This document shows positions 27,811-36,951 of a stretch of 64,000 nt of DNA, piece after piece; the first letter of the stretch is position 1; every line of letters begins with the position of its first letter. This DNA is from Thermoproteota archaeon (GTDB taxonomy: Archaea > Thermoproteota > Thermoprotei_A > Sulfolobales > NBVN01), in contig JAUQPH010000001.1 in NCBI GenBank assembly GCA_030550455.1, forward strand, positions 64,259 to 128,258. Direction: 5' to 3'. The notes below the pieces were generated by a model, which was not told where the DNA came from, did not search any database, and was given only the letters and a program-made list of their open reading frames with translations. The position numbers and the translations under genes are program-made.

Positions 27811-28376
27811 TACGCGACACCCAACTCTTTCAACAACATCTCGATATTAGAGACCAACCTAGCTAAATCAGCGAGTGAGTCGCTAACAGTGCTTGCCATA
27901 CTAAAAGTAGTTATGACTAAGACCCCGACAATTAAGTAGCCGATAGCTATAATTAGCCTATTTCTCTCTTCTAAAAACGAAAGTAAAATTGATACAGAGA
28001 TAATGAGGGACAGCGCGGTAGAAGCTGAGGCAGAGTACTCGTGGATTACTCCAAATAGACTCGATGCCACGGGGTATAAAATGAGTGACAGTGAAGCTAA
28101 AAAGAGAACTGTGTGTAGCTCTTCTATAAGTGAGGACTCGGGTGCTAGCGCTTCACAAGTTGCTGGAGATATAGCATTCTTGGTAATGTAGTAAGTATAA
28201 GAAACTATAGTCAAAGCTAAGATAGCGTTTCCCGGGGTGGTATAGAGTAAAAACCTAAAGGTAGTGCCTCCTTTTAAGGCACCAAGATAAAAGTAGCCGA
28301 GAAGAAACAGCATTGTAATAGCTGGAAGTACGGCAACAATTAAGGCTTTTCTAGCAGTTGACAATCTAACGCTCAA
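27810..28376 (-). CDS. polytopic membrane protein, unknown family
   Basis: 188 aa with about 5 predicted TM segments. It is the first gene of the four-gene overlapping operon. Confidence 0.5.
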   Translation of the reverse strand: MSVRLSTARKALIVAVLPAITMLFLLGYFYLGALKGGTTFRFLLYTTPGNAILALTIVSYTYYITKNAISPATCEALAPESSLIEELHTVLFLASLSLILYPVASSLFGVIHEYSASASTALSLIISVSILLSFLEERNRLIIAIGYLIVGVLVITTFSMASTVSDSLADLARLVSNIEMLLKELGVA

Positions 28377-28511
28377 CCTTATACCACCAAGAGTGCTTTG
28401 GCTATAGACAATTTAATTCAACCTCTTCCTCTTAATTCAGCTAAGCACTTAGTTTCAGTGAGCTCTCCCCAAGTAAACTGGTTACCCGAAAGGTCATATT
28501 GATCGTCAAGC

Positions 28512-28700
28512 ATGAACTCGGTGGTGCGGTTAGTGCGTGTAATAACGTTCAAACTAGATGAAGAGACTATATTAGAGCTTAATAAAGTAGCGAGCGAGCT
28601 CGGTATATCGAGGTCTGAGGTTATTAGAGCCGCAATACTTAGCTATATAAGTAAGAAAACTAACGGAAAAACAAGGGCTCGAAGGGTATTACTTAAGTAA
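28512..28700 (+). CDS. ribbon-helix-helix (CopG/Arc/MetJ-type) DNA-binding protein
   Basis: 62 aa. The beta strand VITFKLDEE is followed by two helices (LNKVASELGISRSEVIRAAILSYI). Confidence 0.65.
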   Translation: MNSVVRLVRVITFKLDEETILELNKVASELGISRSEVIRAAILSYISKKTNGKTRARRVLLK

Positions 28701-28807
28701 GTAGACTCGCACGATCGTCCTCAGGGCGGTATTAAGATACTCTTTATTTATCTAAGAGTATTTAGTAAACCCTAACTTAACTATGTAATACAAAGTAGAT
28801 ACATCTG

Positions 28808-29062
28808 GTGAGCTATTTGCCTGTAGTATATCGATGCGGTTCTTGTCATCACGTTCTCTACGAGTTTCTTAAGGTAGGACAGGATTCTTACGGATTGCCA
28901 ACACCGTCAGAGCTAATAGCGAAAATAGGTGATCATTGTCCTAACTGTGGTAAGAAGTTGCGGTTGCCCACCATGGAGAACATAAGGATAGCGCCCTACA
29001 GATCGAAGAAAACCCCTACATCAGGATTAATCGAGTACCAAACCAAGAGCCAGGTAATCTAG
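28808..29062 (+). CDS. zinc-ribbon protein (CxxC...CxxC), unknown function
   Basis: 84 aa. CGSC at the N-terminus and CPNC about 35 residues later form a classic zinc ribbon. Confidence 0.5.
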   Translation: MSYLPVVYRCGSCHHVLYEFLKVGQDSYGLPTPSELIAKIGDHCPNCGKKLRLPTMENIRIAPYRSKKTPTSGLIEYQTKSQVI

Positions 29063-29250
29063 CTGGCTTAAATTAGTTAAGTTAGAGCTAGCTTATCTTT
29101 ATCTGTTTAATTCACGATCTTCATGAGCGAGATATTCGCTAGGAAATTTATTGCTGTTAAAATGTTCTTTAGCTAAGTCTAGAAAACTTCTAGCTACGAC
29201 TATGGAACCCACTTTTAAGATGTATAGGTGCAGGTTATAGGGGTTGAGCG

Positions 29251-29535
29251 TTGAGTGGACCGAGCATCAGTAAGGACCAGGTAAATGAAATGAAGTTGAA
29301 TCAGGTTATCACTATGCTTAATAGAATTATAGTTGATTCAGGTGTTCCCAGAAACATAAGGAGGGCCGCTTTCGAAGCGTTGAAGATGCTTAACGACAGG
29401 TCTTTATCGCCGGGTGTCAGAGCAGCTAACGCAGCTAGTGTTCTAGACGAAATAAGTCAGGACCCCAATATGCCTTCATACGCTAGAACAGCCATATGGA
29501 ACATAATAGCGATACTGTCAAGCATTAGGGACTGA
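29251..29535 (+). CDS. UPF0147-family small helical protein
   Basis: 94 aa, with the pattern VPRNIRRAA.EAL..L......RAANA...LDEIS.DPNMP..ART.IW typical of archaeal UPF0147. Confidence 0.65.
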   Translation: MSGPSISKDQVNEMKLNQVITMLNRIIVDSGVPRNIRRAAFEALKMLNDRSLSPGVRAANAASVLDEISQDPNMPSYARTAIWNIIAILSSIRD

Positions 29536-29546
29536 GGGCTGAAGCT

Positions 29547-30962
29547 TTGAACATTAAGGTTAGAGTGCGCGGGATTTACGCTACTGCCATCTCTAAGATA
29601 CTCCGTGATGAGGGATACACTTTAGTAGATGTTAGCGACGTTCTAGTAGAAAGACTACAAGTACCTCTAAATAGAGGCATTCCAGCGGATGTGACGGTTA
29701 AGACAGACAACGACGATGCTTCAAAGTTGCTAATAATAGGTCACTCCGAGTATGCTGAAACAGTTGCTAAGACGTTAATAGAGCACATACCAGCGGTAAT
29801 TACGTACACCCCACCGACAGGTCTCTACTCTACTTTAATAGCTCTAGTTAAAGGCATGAAAGACGGTTACTGTATTGTAGAAACACCGTACGGACAAGCC
29901 GAGCTCGTCGAATACCGAGAGTGTAAGGAGGGAGTTCTCCTCCCTGTATCGGTTATCAAGGTACCCACACACCACGGAGATAGAATTGTCGTAGTTCCTG
30001 GAGTCAGGATCGTTGGAGACTTTGCGGTAGTTTGGAGAGGTTCTAAGATACTCTTTAGTCCGCACTTAAAGAATAAGACCAGAGTTTCTGAGTTACTGAG
30101 TATATCGTCTCAGTACGTAAGGAGGGGAATAAGCATTAAGTGGAGAAGTAATGCCGATGAGGCAGACTTAGGGGCGATAACCGCCGAGCTTCCGCAGCTA
30201 GTAAGTCAGCTCGAAGTAGTTGAAGAAAAGGTCAATAACTTGAAGGAGGTCTCAATAGTTACTAGAGGAGAGAGACTGATACTCATGTATCTTACGTACG
30301 ATGCCAAGATGTATCTCGATAGCGTGAGAAGGTCTGTTACTCCAACAGCAGACTATCACCACTTGATAAAGACCTCTAAAGGTCTATACCGAGATATCGC
30401 AGAGATATTTGACGAGGTCTCCATATTTGTTGATAGCGCAGTTCTAAGAAAGATTACGAGGAAGTTTATGGCGAAAACAATTGAGGACGTCGGAGAGCTC
30501 ACGATAAGTCACAAAAAACTCGATGGTACAAGCGTAAGACTAGGCGCGGCAAACCTCGTGGAGTTCTCTAATAGCGATGGATTCGAGCTGGTATTAGAGA
30601 GAAAGGTTAAAGGTAGTGGTGTGTATGACGGCATTAGAGTCAAGAAGGAATTCGGCGATACGATCAAGACTGTTGTGATTGAGGGAACTCCATACATAGT
30701 TCACTACTACTACAGTAGTGAAGGAGGGTTGAAGGGGGTTTATGTAAACGTCAACACTAAGCCTGAGTTAATTATTCCCAACACGATAGAGTACGTAGAT
30801 TTAGCTATAGACCTAGTGCGAGCTGGGAACGGTCCTTGCGAGCTAGTAGACCAGGAAGAGCTCAGGTCTTACTTAATTAGTCAGTATATTGTTGTGAGCC
30901 AAGAAGTATACGAGTATGTTGTCAGAGGCTTAGGTAAAGCACTGAGCGAATACTGTTCATGA
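29547..30962 (+). CDS. FAU-1 / RNase E/G-like RNA-binding protein (DUF402 C-terminal domain)
   Basis: 471 aa. The length and N-terminus (RVRGIYATAISKIL) are typical of archaeal FAU-1. Confidence 0.65.
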   Translation: MNIKVRVRGIYATAISKILRDEGYTLVDVSDVLVERLQVPLNRGIPADVTVKTDNDDASKLLIIGHSEYAETVAKTLIEHIPAVITYTPPTGLYSTLIALVKGMKDGYCIVETPYGQAELVEYRECKEGVLLPVSVIKVPTHHGDRIVVVPGVRIVGDFAVVWRGSKILFSPHLKNKTRVSELLSISSQYVRRGISIKWRSNADEADLGAITAELPQLVSQLEVVEEKVNNLKEVSIVTRGERLILMYLTYDAKMYLDSVRRSVTPTADYHHLIKTSKGLYRDIAEIFDEVSIFVDSAVLRKITRKFMAKTIEDVGELTISHKKLDGTSVRLGAANLVEFSNSDGFELVLERKVKGSGVYDGIRVKKEFGDTIKTVVIEGTPYIVHYYYSSEGGLKGVYVNVNTKPELIIPNTIEYVDLAIDLVRAGNGPCELVDQEELRSYLISQYIVVSQEVYEYVVRGLGKALSEYCS

Positions 30963-31955
30963 AGAGCATTCTCGTATTTCTAGACCGAGTTTTCCGTTAA
31001 CTACCTCAATAACTTTTTCAACTACTATCGGTAGCTCTAGTGATGCGTCAACTAAAGTGAGCTCTCCTTTTGATGCCATATCTAAGTAAATCTCACGGGC
31101 CTTCTCAATCCTCTCTACGTTCTCGAAATACGTGAGCGTTCTTTCCTTACTCTTCAATTTTCTCTTAAGACCTTCAACCGGGTTTATGTCTAGATAAACT
31201 GCGACGTCGGGGTCTGGCAAGTACTTCTGTACTTCTCTCAACCACTCAAGGGGGAGGCCGAGAGCCCCCTGATATGCTATTGTAGAGTATTTATATCTAT
31301 CGAGAATTACTATGCCCCCTCTCTCTAGCTCTCTCTTAACTACTTTACTAATGTGTGAATACCTGTCGGCGACTAATAGCAGAGCTTCAGACTCAGGTGT
31401 TAAATCCATGCTTTTGTTCTCGAAGATCTTCCGTATGGAGTCGTAATAAGGCTCGTAAGTGTATATAGCTCTAAATCCACACTTTCTAAAGATTTCTAGC
31501 AGGTGCTTAGATACCGTAGTTTTTCCAGCGCCATCCACACCCTCTATGGCTATTAAAGCTCCTCGAGGCTTGAGCTTACCGCTCTCAATGCATACTAAAG
31601 CTGATCCTTCTTCATTTAGCTTCTCTATATCCGATATTTTATCCACTTTAAACAGTGGGATATCAGAGATTACTGCCGAAGTCACAGCATTTACGTCTAC
31701 TTGTTCAACAATTAGTGCTTTAGGTGCTAAGCCTCTCTTCTTGAGTGAATATATAATGTAGGGTCCAACAGTGCTACCCGTGAAGCCTTTGACAGCCACT
31801 ATCCTGTTTTTAATGGTGAACGTGTTTTTCAAGCGCCCAGTTGTAGCATCTATATCTCCAAGGGGGGATATCAGTCCGTCATAGGTTATTAGCCTACCGC
31901 ATACTTTTGCTATAGTAGCTTCTGTTACAGGATGGAGAGGTACTTCAATCAACAC
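30957..31955 (-). CDS. fusion protein: AcnX swivel domain (DUF126, phosphomevalonate dehydratase small subunit) + thymidylate kinase
   Basis: 332 aa. Residues 1-~128 match DUF126 (ISPLGDID..TG...........VAVKGFTGSTVGPYIIY...G.APKALI). Residues ~133-332 are a dTMP-kinase domain (P-loop IAIEGVDGAGKTT, DRY motif in VADRYSH, lid region). Confidence 0.75.
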   Translation of the reverse strand: MLIEVPLHPVTEATIAKVCGRLITYDGLISPLGDIDATTGRLKNTFTIKNRIVAVKGFTGSTVGPYIIYSLKKRGLAPKALIVEQVDVNAVTSAVISDIPLFKVDKISDIEKLNEEGSALVCIESGKLKPRGALIAIEGVDGAGKTTVSKHLLEIFRKCGFRAIYTYEPYYDSIRKIFENKSMDLTPESEALLLVADRYSHISKVVKRELERGGIVILDRYKYSTIAYQGALGLPLEWLREVQKYLPDPDVAVYLDINPVEGLKRKLKSKERTLTYFENVERIEKAREIYLDMASKGELTLVDASLELPIVVEKVIEVVNGKLGLEIRECSS

Positions 31956-33102
31956 TTGCCACCATCTTGAGTAGTTCGCTCCTTCTAACTAGAAAGGCTC
32001 TAACGCCGGCGAGTTTAGGTAAGTACGTTAGAGCCTTAGCTGAATCAGTTATCACGCAGTCTACTCCCAACAGGTCTAGTCTCGTGGTGACAGCACATCC
32101 CCCGGGGGAGATCTTAATGTTGCGCCTGCTCTCGATATTCACTACCCGGCCGTAGTGCTCTCCTACAGTAAGCCAAAGCTCTCCTCTTCCAACACCCTCT
32201 ATCTTGCCTAAAATATCGGTTAATTCCTCGAAAGATAGGTGGGGGCAGCCCAATAAGTATAGTGGTGAGTTGCAACCCTTAATTTCGGAGTATAACTTGA
32301 GTATATCAGATTTACTAAAGACTAGTCTTTCGGCACTTGATGTATCAACCTCGCGATATCCAGGTGTTACACCGTGAAGTACTGCTAAGTATGTTGGAGA
32401 GCCAGTTGCGAATGCCGCTAGAAACTCCTTGAGGTAATACTCTGGATAGTCCTCTAACCCATTTACTAGTGGTATTGAGTTCTTCAAGGACTCACCAACG
32501 AGTAGCCCATAAGCTCCAGCTTCGGACGGGTCTTCCGGTTTCTCTATTTCTACTACGTATCTAACTTCACGAGGTAGACCTATGTGGGCTTCTCCTAAAT
32601 AGGTCCTACCGGTAATCCCGGATAGTAGTGCCACTATTCCTGTTTCCCTATTTGTCATAGCTCCTAGTACGCTATTAGCGTATAGTACGGCACTGCTCTC
32701 AGCCCAGGCAAGGTGTTCACCATGCGACGGTTTTCTTACGTAATAAGGGGTACAGGTAAAGCTTTTTACACCCATCTGCCTTAAGGCATCGACTATCTTT
32801 AACTGTTTATCGACTACCCAGTTATCGAAACCTCTAGACCTGTAACTTAGTAGAGCTGCGTGAGGGTTAGCTGTAGTAAAGATGGAAAACCTTGCTTTAC
32901 TAGCTAAAAGGTCCTCAATAAACTCTAAGCCGAAGTCTCCTATGTTGAAGTACGATACTCCAGACACGTGGGCATGGCTAACTTCGATAAGCCTTGGGGC
33001 ACCCAGAGCTTCACCCACTTTCACTATAACGTTGATGGCTTTAGCGACTGCTTCACCCATTTCACCGGACAACATCCTTTCTTCTTCTCTATTAAGATAC
33101 AT
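31945..33102 (-). CDS. AcnX catalytic subunit (DUF521), phosphomevalonate dehydratase large subunit
   Basis: 385 aa with a DUF521-type pattern (L.GE.GEA...A....V..GEA.GA..LI.V..AHV). It is next to the DUF126 and UbiD-family genes, as in the archaeal mevalonate pathway described for Aeropyrum pernix. Confidence 0.75.
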   Translation of the reverse strand: MYLNREEERMLSGEMGEAVAKAINVIVKVGEALGAPRLIEVSHAHVSGVSYFNIGDFGLEFIEDLLASKARFSIFTTANPHAALLSYRSRGFDNWVVDKQLKIVDALRQMGVKSFTCTPYYVRKPSHGEHLAWAESSAVLYANSVLGAMTNRETGIVALLSGITGRTYLGEAHIGLPREVRYVVEIEKPEDPSEAGAYGLLVGESLKNSIPLVNGLEDYPEYYLKEFLAAFATGSPTYLAVLHGVTPGYREVDTSSAERLVFSKSDILKLYSEIKGCNSPLYLLGCPHLSFEELTDILGKIEGVGRGELWLTVGEHYGRVVNIESRRNIKISPGGCAVTTRLDLLGVDCVITDSAKALTYLPKLAGVRAFLVRRSELLKMVASVD

Positions 33103-33114
33103 GGAAACACCTCA

Positions 33115-34407
33115 CTAGCTTTCGGGTTTCACAAACATCTCTCTGCGACGAATTGGCGCAGTAGCGTCGACACCAACTTTGTCAGTTAAACCATCATCAG
33201 AGCTTGGGTCCAGCGTAGACCCTCGAGCATCCCTTATTAGAACTAGCCCTCTACTAGCCTGCAACCTAGTAGCAATAGCCCACTCGACTTCCTGCGGGTT
33301 ATCAGGGTCTATGTCTTCATCGACTACAACAACATGTTTTAGGCTCGGGTGAGCCGCAAAAGCAGCCATTATGGCTGTTTTACCGTCACCCTCGGTCTCC
33401 TTAGAGATCGATATGACGGCATGAAGCCACATACCTCCGCCTTTTGTCAGTCTAACTTTCCTAACGCTGGGTAGGACTCTTTTAACAGCTTCCCAAATCG
33501 CTGCTTCTCGAGGAAATCCCATTAACATAAGGTGGTCCCCACCTCCTGGGAGTATAACGTGAAAGAGCTCTTTATTCCTAGAAACATACATTTGGTCTAC
33601 TACTAAGACTGGCTGATCGCGGACTCTATCTGGGAGCTTGAGTATATCCACAAAAGGTCCTTCTTTTACTAGCTTCTCCGTGATTCTCCCTTCGATCACC
33701 ATAGATGCGTAAGCAGGTACAGGGAGTCCGTACTTAGGTGTATACGCTATCTCAAGCGAGCTACCGCCGAGTTGCTCCACCAACTCGAGTTCAAAGACAC
33801 CGTATGGAGGGGACATTGATGAAGCGAGTTCGACTAGAGGGTGAGCACCGATTACGACTGCTACCTTAGTGTCTTTACCCATTTTTCTATTTAACTCATA
33901 TATTCGATACAGATGCCTTGGCACGATGCGTATGGCAACACTGCGTTCATCTATAACCATGAGCCTATGTATTGAAGCATTGTAGGAGTCGATATCGGGG
34001 GTTTTAGCTATCACTATAGACGACGTTATATATCTTCCGCCGTCAACCTTGTAAAACTTTATAGCAGGAATCGAATAGAGAGTTCCCTCAAACGGTTTAA
34101 ACAGTTCTCTGAACTCTAAGGTCTTGAAACTTGGTGAAGTCTTTTTGCTGAGAGCATTTGTAAGCTTGGTATAGGCTTCTTCATCACTATTTGCTCTGAG
34201 TAGCTCGTACAGCTTCTTCCTAGTATTGACGACACCACTAACGCAATCTAAATCGGAGTTGCTTACTCTAAAAAGAATCGTAGTTCCTGCTTCATCCGCT
34301 CTAACCAAGTACTTGGTTGCTTCAAGATCAGGGTTTAGTCTATCTTCCACTTTCTCGACGTATCCTCTACTAGCCTGTTCTTCTACGACTTTAGCTAGAG
34401 AGTACAT
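33115..34407 (-). CDS. UbiD-family decarboxylase, probable anhydromevalonate phosphate decarboxylase
   Basis: 430 aa with a UbiD fold pattern (YNASIHRLMV...IRIVPRHLY...VAVVIGAHP). It is linked to the AcnX genes. Confidence 0.75.
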   Translation of the reverse strand: MYSLAKVVEEQASRGYVEKVEDRLNPDLEATKYLVRADEAGTTILFRVSNSDLDCVSGVVNTRKKLYELLRANSDEEAYTKLTNALSKKTSPSFKTLEFRELFKPFEGTLYSIPAIKFYKVDGGRYITSSIVIAKTPDIDSYNASIHRLMVIDERSVAIRIVPRHLYRIYELNRKMGKDTKVAVVIGAHPLVELASSMSPPYGVFELELVEQLGGSSLEIAYTPKYGLPVPAYASMVIEGRITEKLVKEGPFVDILKLPDRVRDQPVLVVDQMYVSRNKELFHVILPGGGDHLMLMGFPREAAIWEAVKRVLPSVRKVRLTKGGGMWLHAVISISKETEGDGKTAIMAAFAAHPSLKHVVVVDEDIDPDNPQEVEWAIATRLQASRGLVLIRDARGSTLDPSSDDGLTDKVGVDATAPIRRREMFVKPES

Positions 34408-35684
34408 CGAGTCACCCTACCAGCTTCTTCGAGGTTCTCATTTAGCTTTATTTTACCGACAATTAAACCCCTAATATCGCCTTCCCAAGGCGTTAAAATA
34501 GCTAGTTCTTGAGTACTCAGGTCCAGGTCTGTAATTATGCCGACACCTACTTCACGCATGTGCTCTCCTAGTAACCCAACAACCGTTCCTCTAGCGTCTT
34601 TAGGGGTAATTACCACGACTCTCGAAACGCCTTCAGAGTTCAGTGTGAAGTTTATAGGTTCTCTAGATATGATATAGAGAGTATCCCCTACTTTAGTTGA
34701 GTACACGAGCTTATCTAACTCACTGTCTGGAATTTTGAACACCTCCAATAGCTCTTCTTTAGATATTGTGCGTCCAGAGAGAGCACAGGCGCTTAGTATT
34801 CCTACACTATCTAGCTTGACTCTCCTAACCCTTCCCCTACTGAAGTACCTCTTGTATGCTTGTGTCCTTAGCTCACGCCTCTCCTCCTTGCTTCTCTGCC
34901 TTACTACAGCCGGTCTTGGAGCGTAAATAACGTTAGTTAAGCTGTTGGCGCATTTAAGTAAGTAGTTATAGACTTCTTTGTCCATAGCAACCACGATATC
35001 CGGCTTGATCCACCTAATAATGGTTAACTTGTGCTCTATTCCTGAGGCAGTGTTGACCCAGCCATCTGTATTTACTAGTACTGCTCTTAGCCCAAGCTTA
35101 CTGCCTTCGTCGGCTAACTCCTTAATCGCTAAAATGCTCTCAGAATAGCAGTACTGAGGGGATGTACATCCTACAAACCTAAATAGAATCGGTTCGAGCT
35201 CTCTTAACCATAGAATAGGCTTAGAAACTTCCGCTAGAGCTATCGTGGTGGGGACAAGTACATCCTCCTGACCAACATCACCTTCTACTACACCTACCCT
35301 AACTCCAGATTCCCTGAGGTAGTTAGCTAAAAATGCTGTGAATGTCGACTTCCCCGACTCCGGGGGTCCTACTACGAGAACTCTGCACTCCTTTTTCCAA
35401 CACGTTTTTAGCACATGCTCGGATACCTTCAGCCACTCGTCAACAACCTCTTCACCATCCTTAGCTATCTCTATTTGGGATCCTTCACCTAAAGCGAACC
35501 TGAGCTTAGCTGGAGAAAGAGCTTTAATCCCGTAGGACCTAAGTTTGTGAACAACAAATGATGAACCCATCGAGTACTTTGAACCAACGACTAAAACCGT
35601 ACCTGATACAACATCAGCTCTCGCAGGACCGAATACTCTGAGTACTTGACCCTCGCTCAGAGATATCTCAACTATAGAGCTCAA
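34395..35684 (-). CDS. Clp1/Grc3-like polynucleotide 5'-hydroxyl kinase
   Basis: 429 aa with an N-terminal beta domain, the P-loop VVGPPESGKST and the Clp1-type central domain (VVEGDVGQ, VNTDGW). Confidence 0.7.
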   Translation of the reverse strand: MSSIVEISLSEGQVLRVFGPARADVVSGTVLVVGSKYSMGSSFVVHKLRSYGIKALSPAKLRFALGEGSQIEIAKDGEEVVDEWLKVSEHVLKTCWKKECRVLVVGPPESGKSTFTAFLANYLRESGVRVGVVEGDVGQEDVLVPTTIALAEVSKPILWLRELEPILFRFVGCTSPQYCYSESILAIKELADEGSKLGLRAVLVNTDGWVNTASGIEHKLTIIRWIKPDIVVAMDKEVYNYLLKCANSLTNVIYAPRPAVVRQRSKEERRELRTQAYKRYFSRGRVRRVKLDSVGILSACALSGRTISKEELLEVFKIPDSELDKLVYSTKVGDTLYIISREPINFTLNSEGVSRVVVITPKDARGTVVGLLGEHMREVGVGIITDLDLSTQELAILTPWEGDIRGLIVGKIKLNENLEEAGRVTRCTL

Positions 35685-35746
35685 CTGCTTAGCCCAAGAT
35701 AGTGCACACGTTTAAACTCTTTTACTCATCTCTTAAGTAGTGACGG

Positions 35747-36571
35747 GTGGGTATCCAAGTGAGGTTCTCTAGGGAGTGTCTAGAGCTTAGAGATTTACTG
35801 AAGTTAGCTAAGGGGTTTAAATTGTTTAAAAAGCTAGGGCAGCACTTTATGGTCGACTGCAACCTGGCTTTAGAAGTGCTAGGGAAACTTAAGGAAATCT
35901 GTCCAAAAAGAGAATGCTGTGTATACGAACTCGGTTCGGGTCTCGGCTCACTCACCCTATTTCTTAAAAGCTATTTCGACTACGTTATGTGCTCTGAAAT
36001 AGACGTGAGATTTGCTGACTACCTAAAGAAGAGGTTTACGAACGACTTAATTGATGTTATAGCATCAGATGGGATTCCCCTAATCTCAGCGCTTAGAGAA
36101 AATTGTGTACTAGTATCTAATACTCCATACGTAGTTTCGTCTCAGATAGTTGTAGCCGTAGTCAAATCAGGTATTAAAAGCGCCGTGCTCGTGCTACAAG
36201 AAGAAGTAGCTAGAAAGCTTGCCGCCGTCCCTGGAGAACCTAACTATGGAAGAATAACGGCTTTCACTCAAACCTTTATGAACGTTGAACTTGGAGGTAG
36301 CTATCCCCCCGGGTCCTTTAGACCTAAACCTAAGGTTTGGTCTACTGTAGTAGTACTTAAGAGAAAGCGCGAGTGGAGTGAAACTATGCGTGGTTACGAG
36401 GAGTTCCTCAAGTGTCTTTTCAATCAGCGTAAGCGCGTTTTAGCGAGGAGACTTAAGGAATGTTTAGGAGTAGCTCCGAGCAGTGAACTATTAAAAATGC
36501 GAGTATTCACCGCAGGACCCGAGTACCTCTTCCAGCTCTATACGAGTTCTGTTAGAGAGGCCCAGGTCTAA
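35747..36571 (+). CDS. ksgA: 16S rRNA (adenine1518/1519-N6)-dimethyltransferase KsgA/Dim1
   Basis: 274 aa with KKLGQHFM, the SAM motif ELGSGLGSLT and NTPY (VSNTPY). Confidence 0.85.
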   Translation: MGIQVRFSRECLELRDLLKLAKGFKLFKKLGQHFMVDCNLALEVLGKLKEICPKRECCVYELGSGLGSLTLFLKSYFDYVMCSEIDVRFADYLKKRFTNDLIDVIASDGIPLISALRENCVLVSNTPYVVSSQIVVAVVKSGIKSAVLVLQEEVARKLAAVPGEPNYGRITAFTQTFMNVELGGSYPPGSFRPKPKVWSTVVVLKRKREWSETMRGYEEFLKCLFNQRKRVLARRLKECLGVAPSSELLKMRVFTAGPEYLFQLYTSSVREAQV

Positions 36572-36951
36572 ATAGTAATGCTTAACGAACTGTAGGGAAC
36601 TTCTTATTTCAGCTAACTACTGTTTTGTAGAAACTGAGTCAAAACGTAACTCACGTAAACGCCGTGGTTGTCCACGCCCATCAACTAGGTTGTTTTGGGT
36701 ATTCTGGCTACTTTAGGTTTCCTGGGCGCGGGTTCATTCCACCTGGTCGTCCACGTTCTCCCCGCCTACGGCTCACCAGCTCCCAGCTACTAAAACACGT
36801 GGTTGTTTATACACCTTTATGTCAGCTCCCGAAACACACAGAGGTAACCTGAATAACCGAGAAAACTAAGTAAACTAAACAGCCTGCGGACAGTCTATAA
36901 CCTAGAATAGGTCTTTGTACGTAGAAAACCTTTGAATGTATAATAAGGAAT

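Noticed and set aside
36728-36760. Apparent similarity between the 36.7-kb GC island and the repeat element (shared cgcgggttcat and ggtcg).
   Set aside because: Only an 11-mer plus scattered short words are shared. Their order and spacing differ, so this is not evidence for a third copy.
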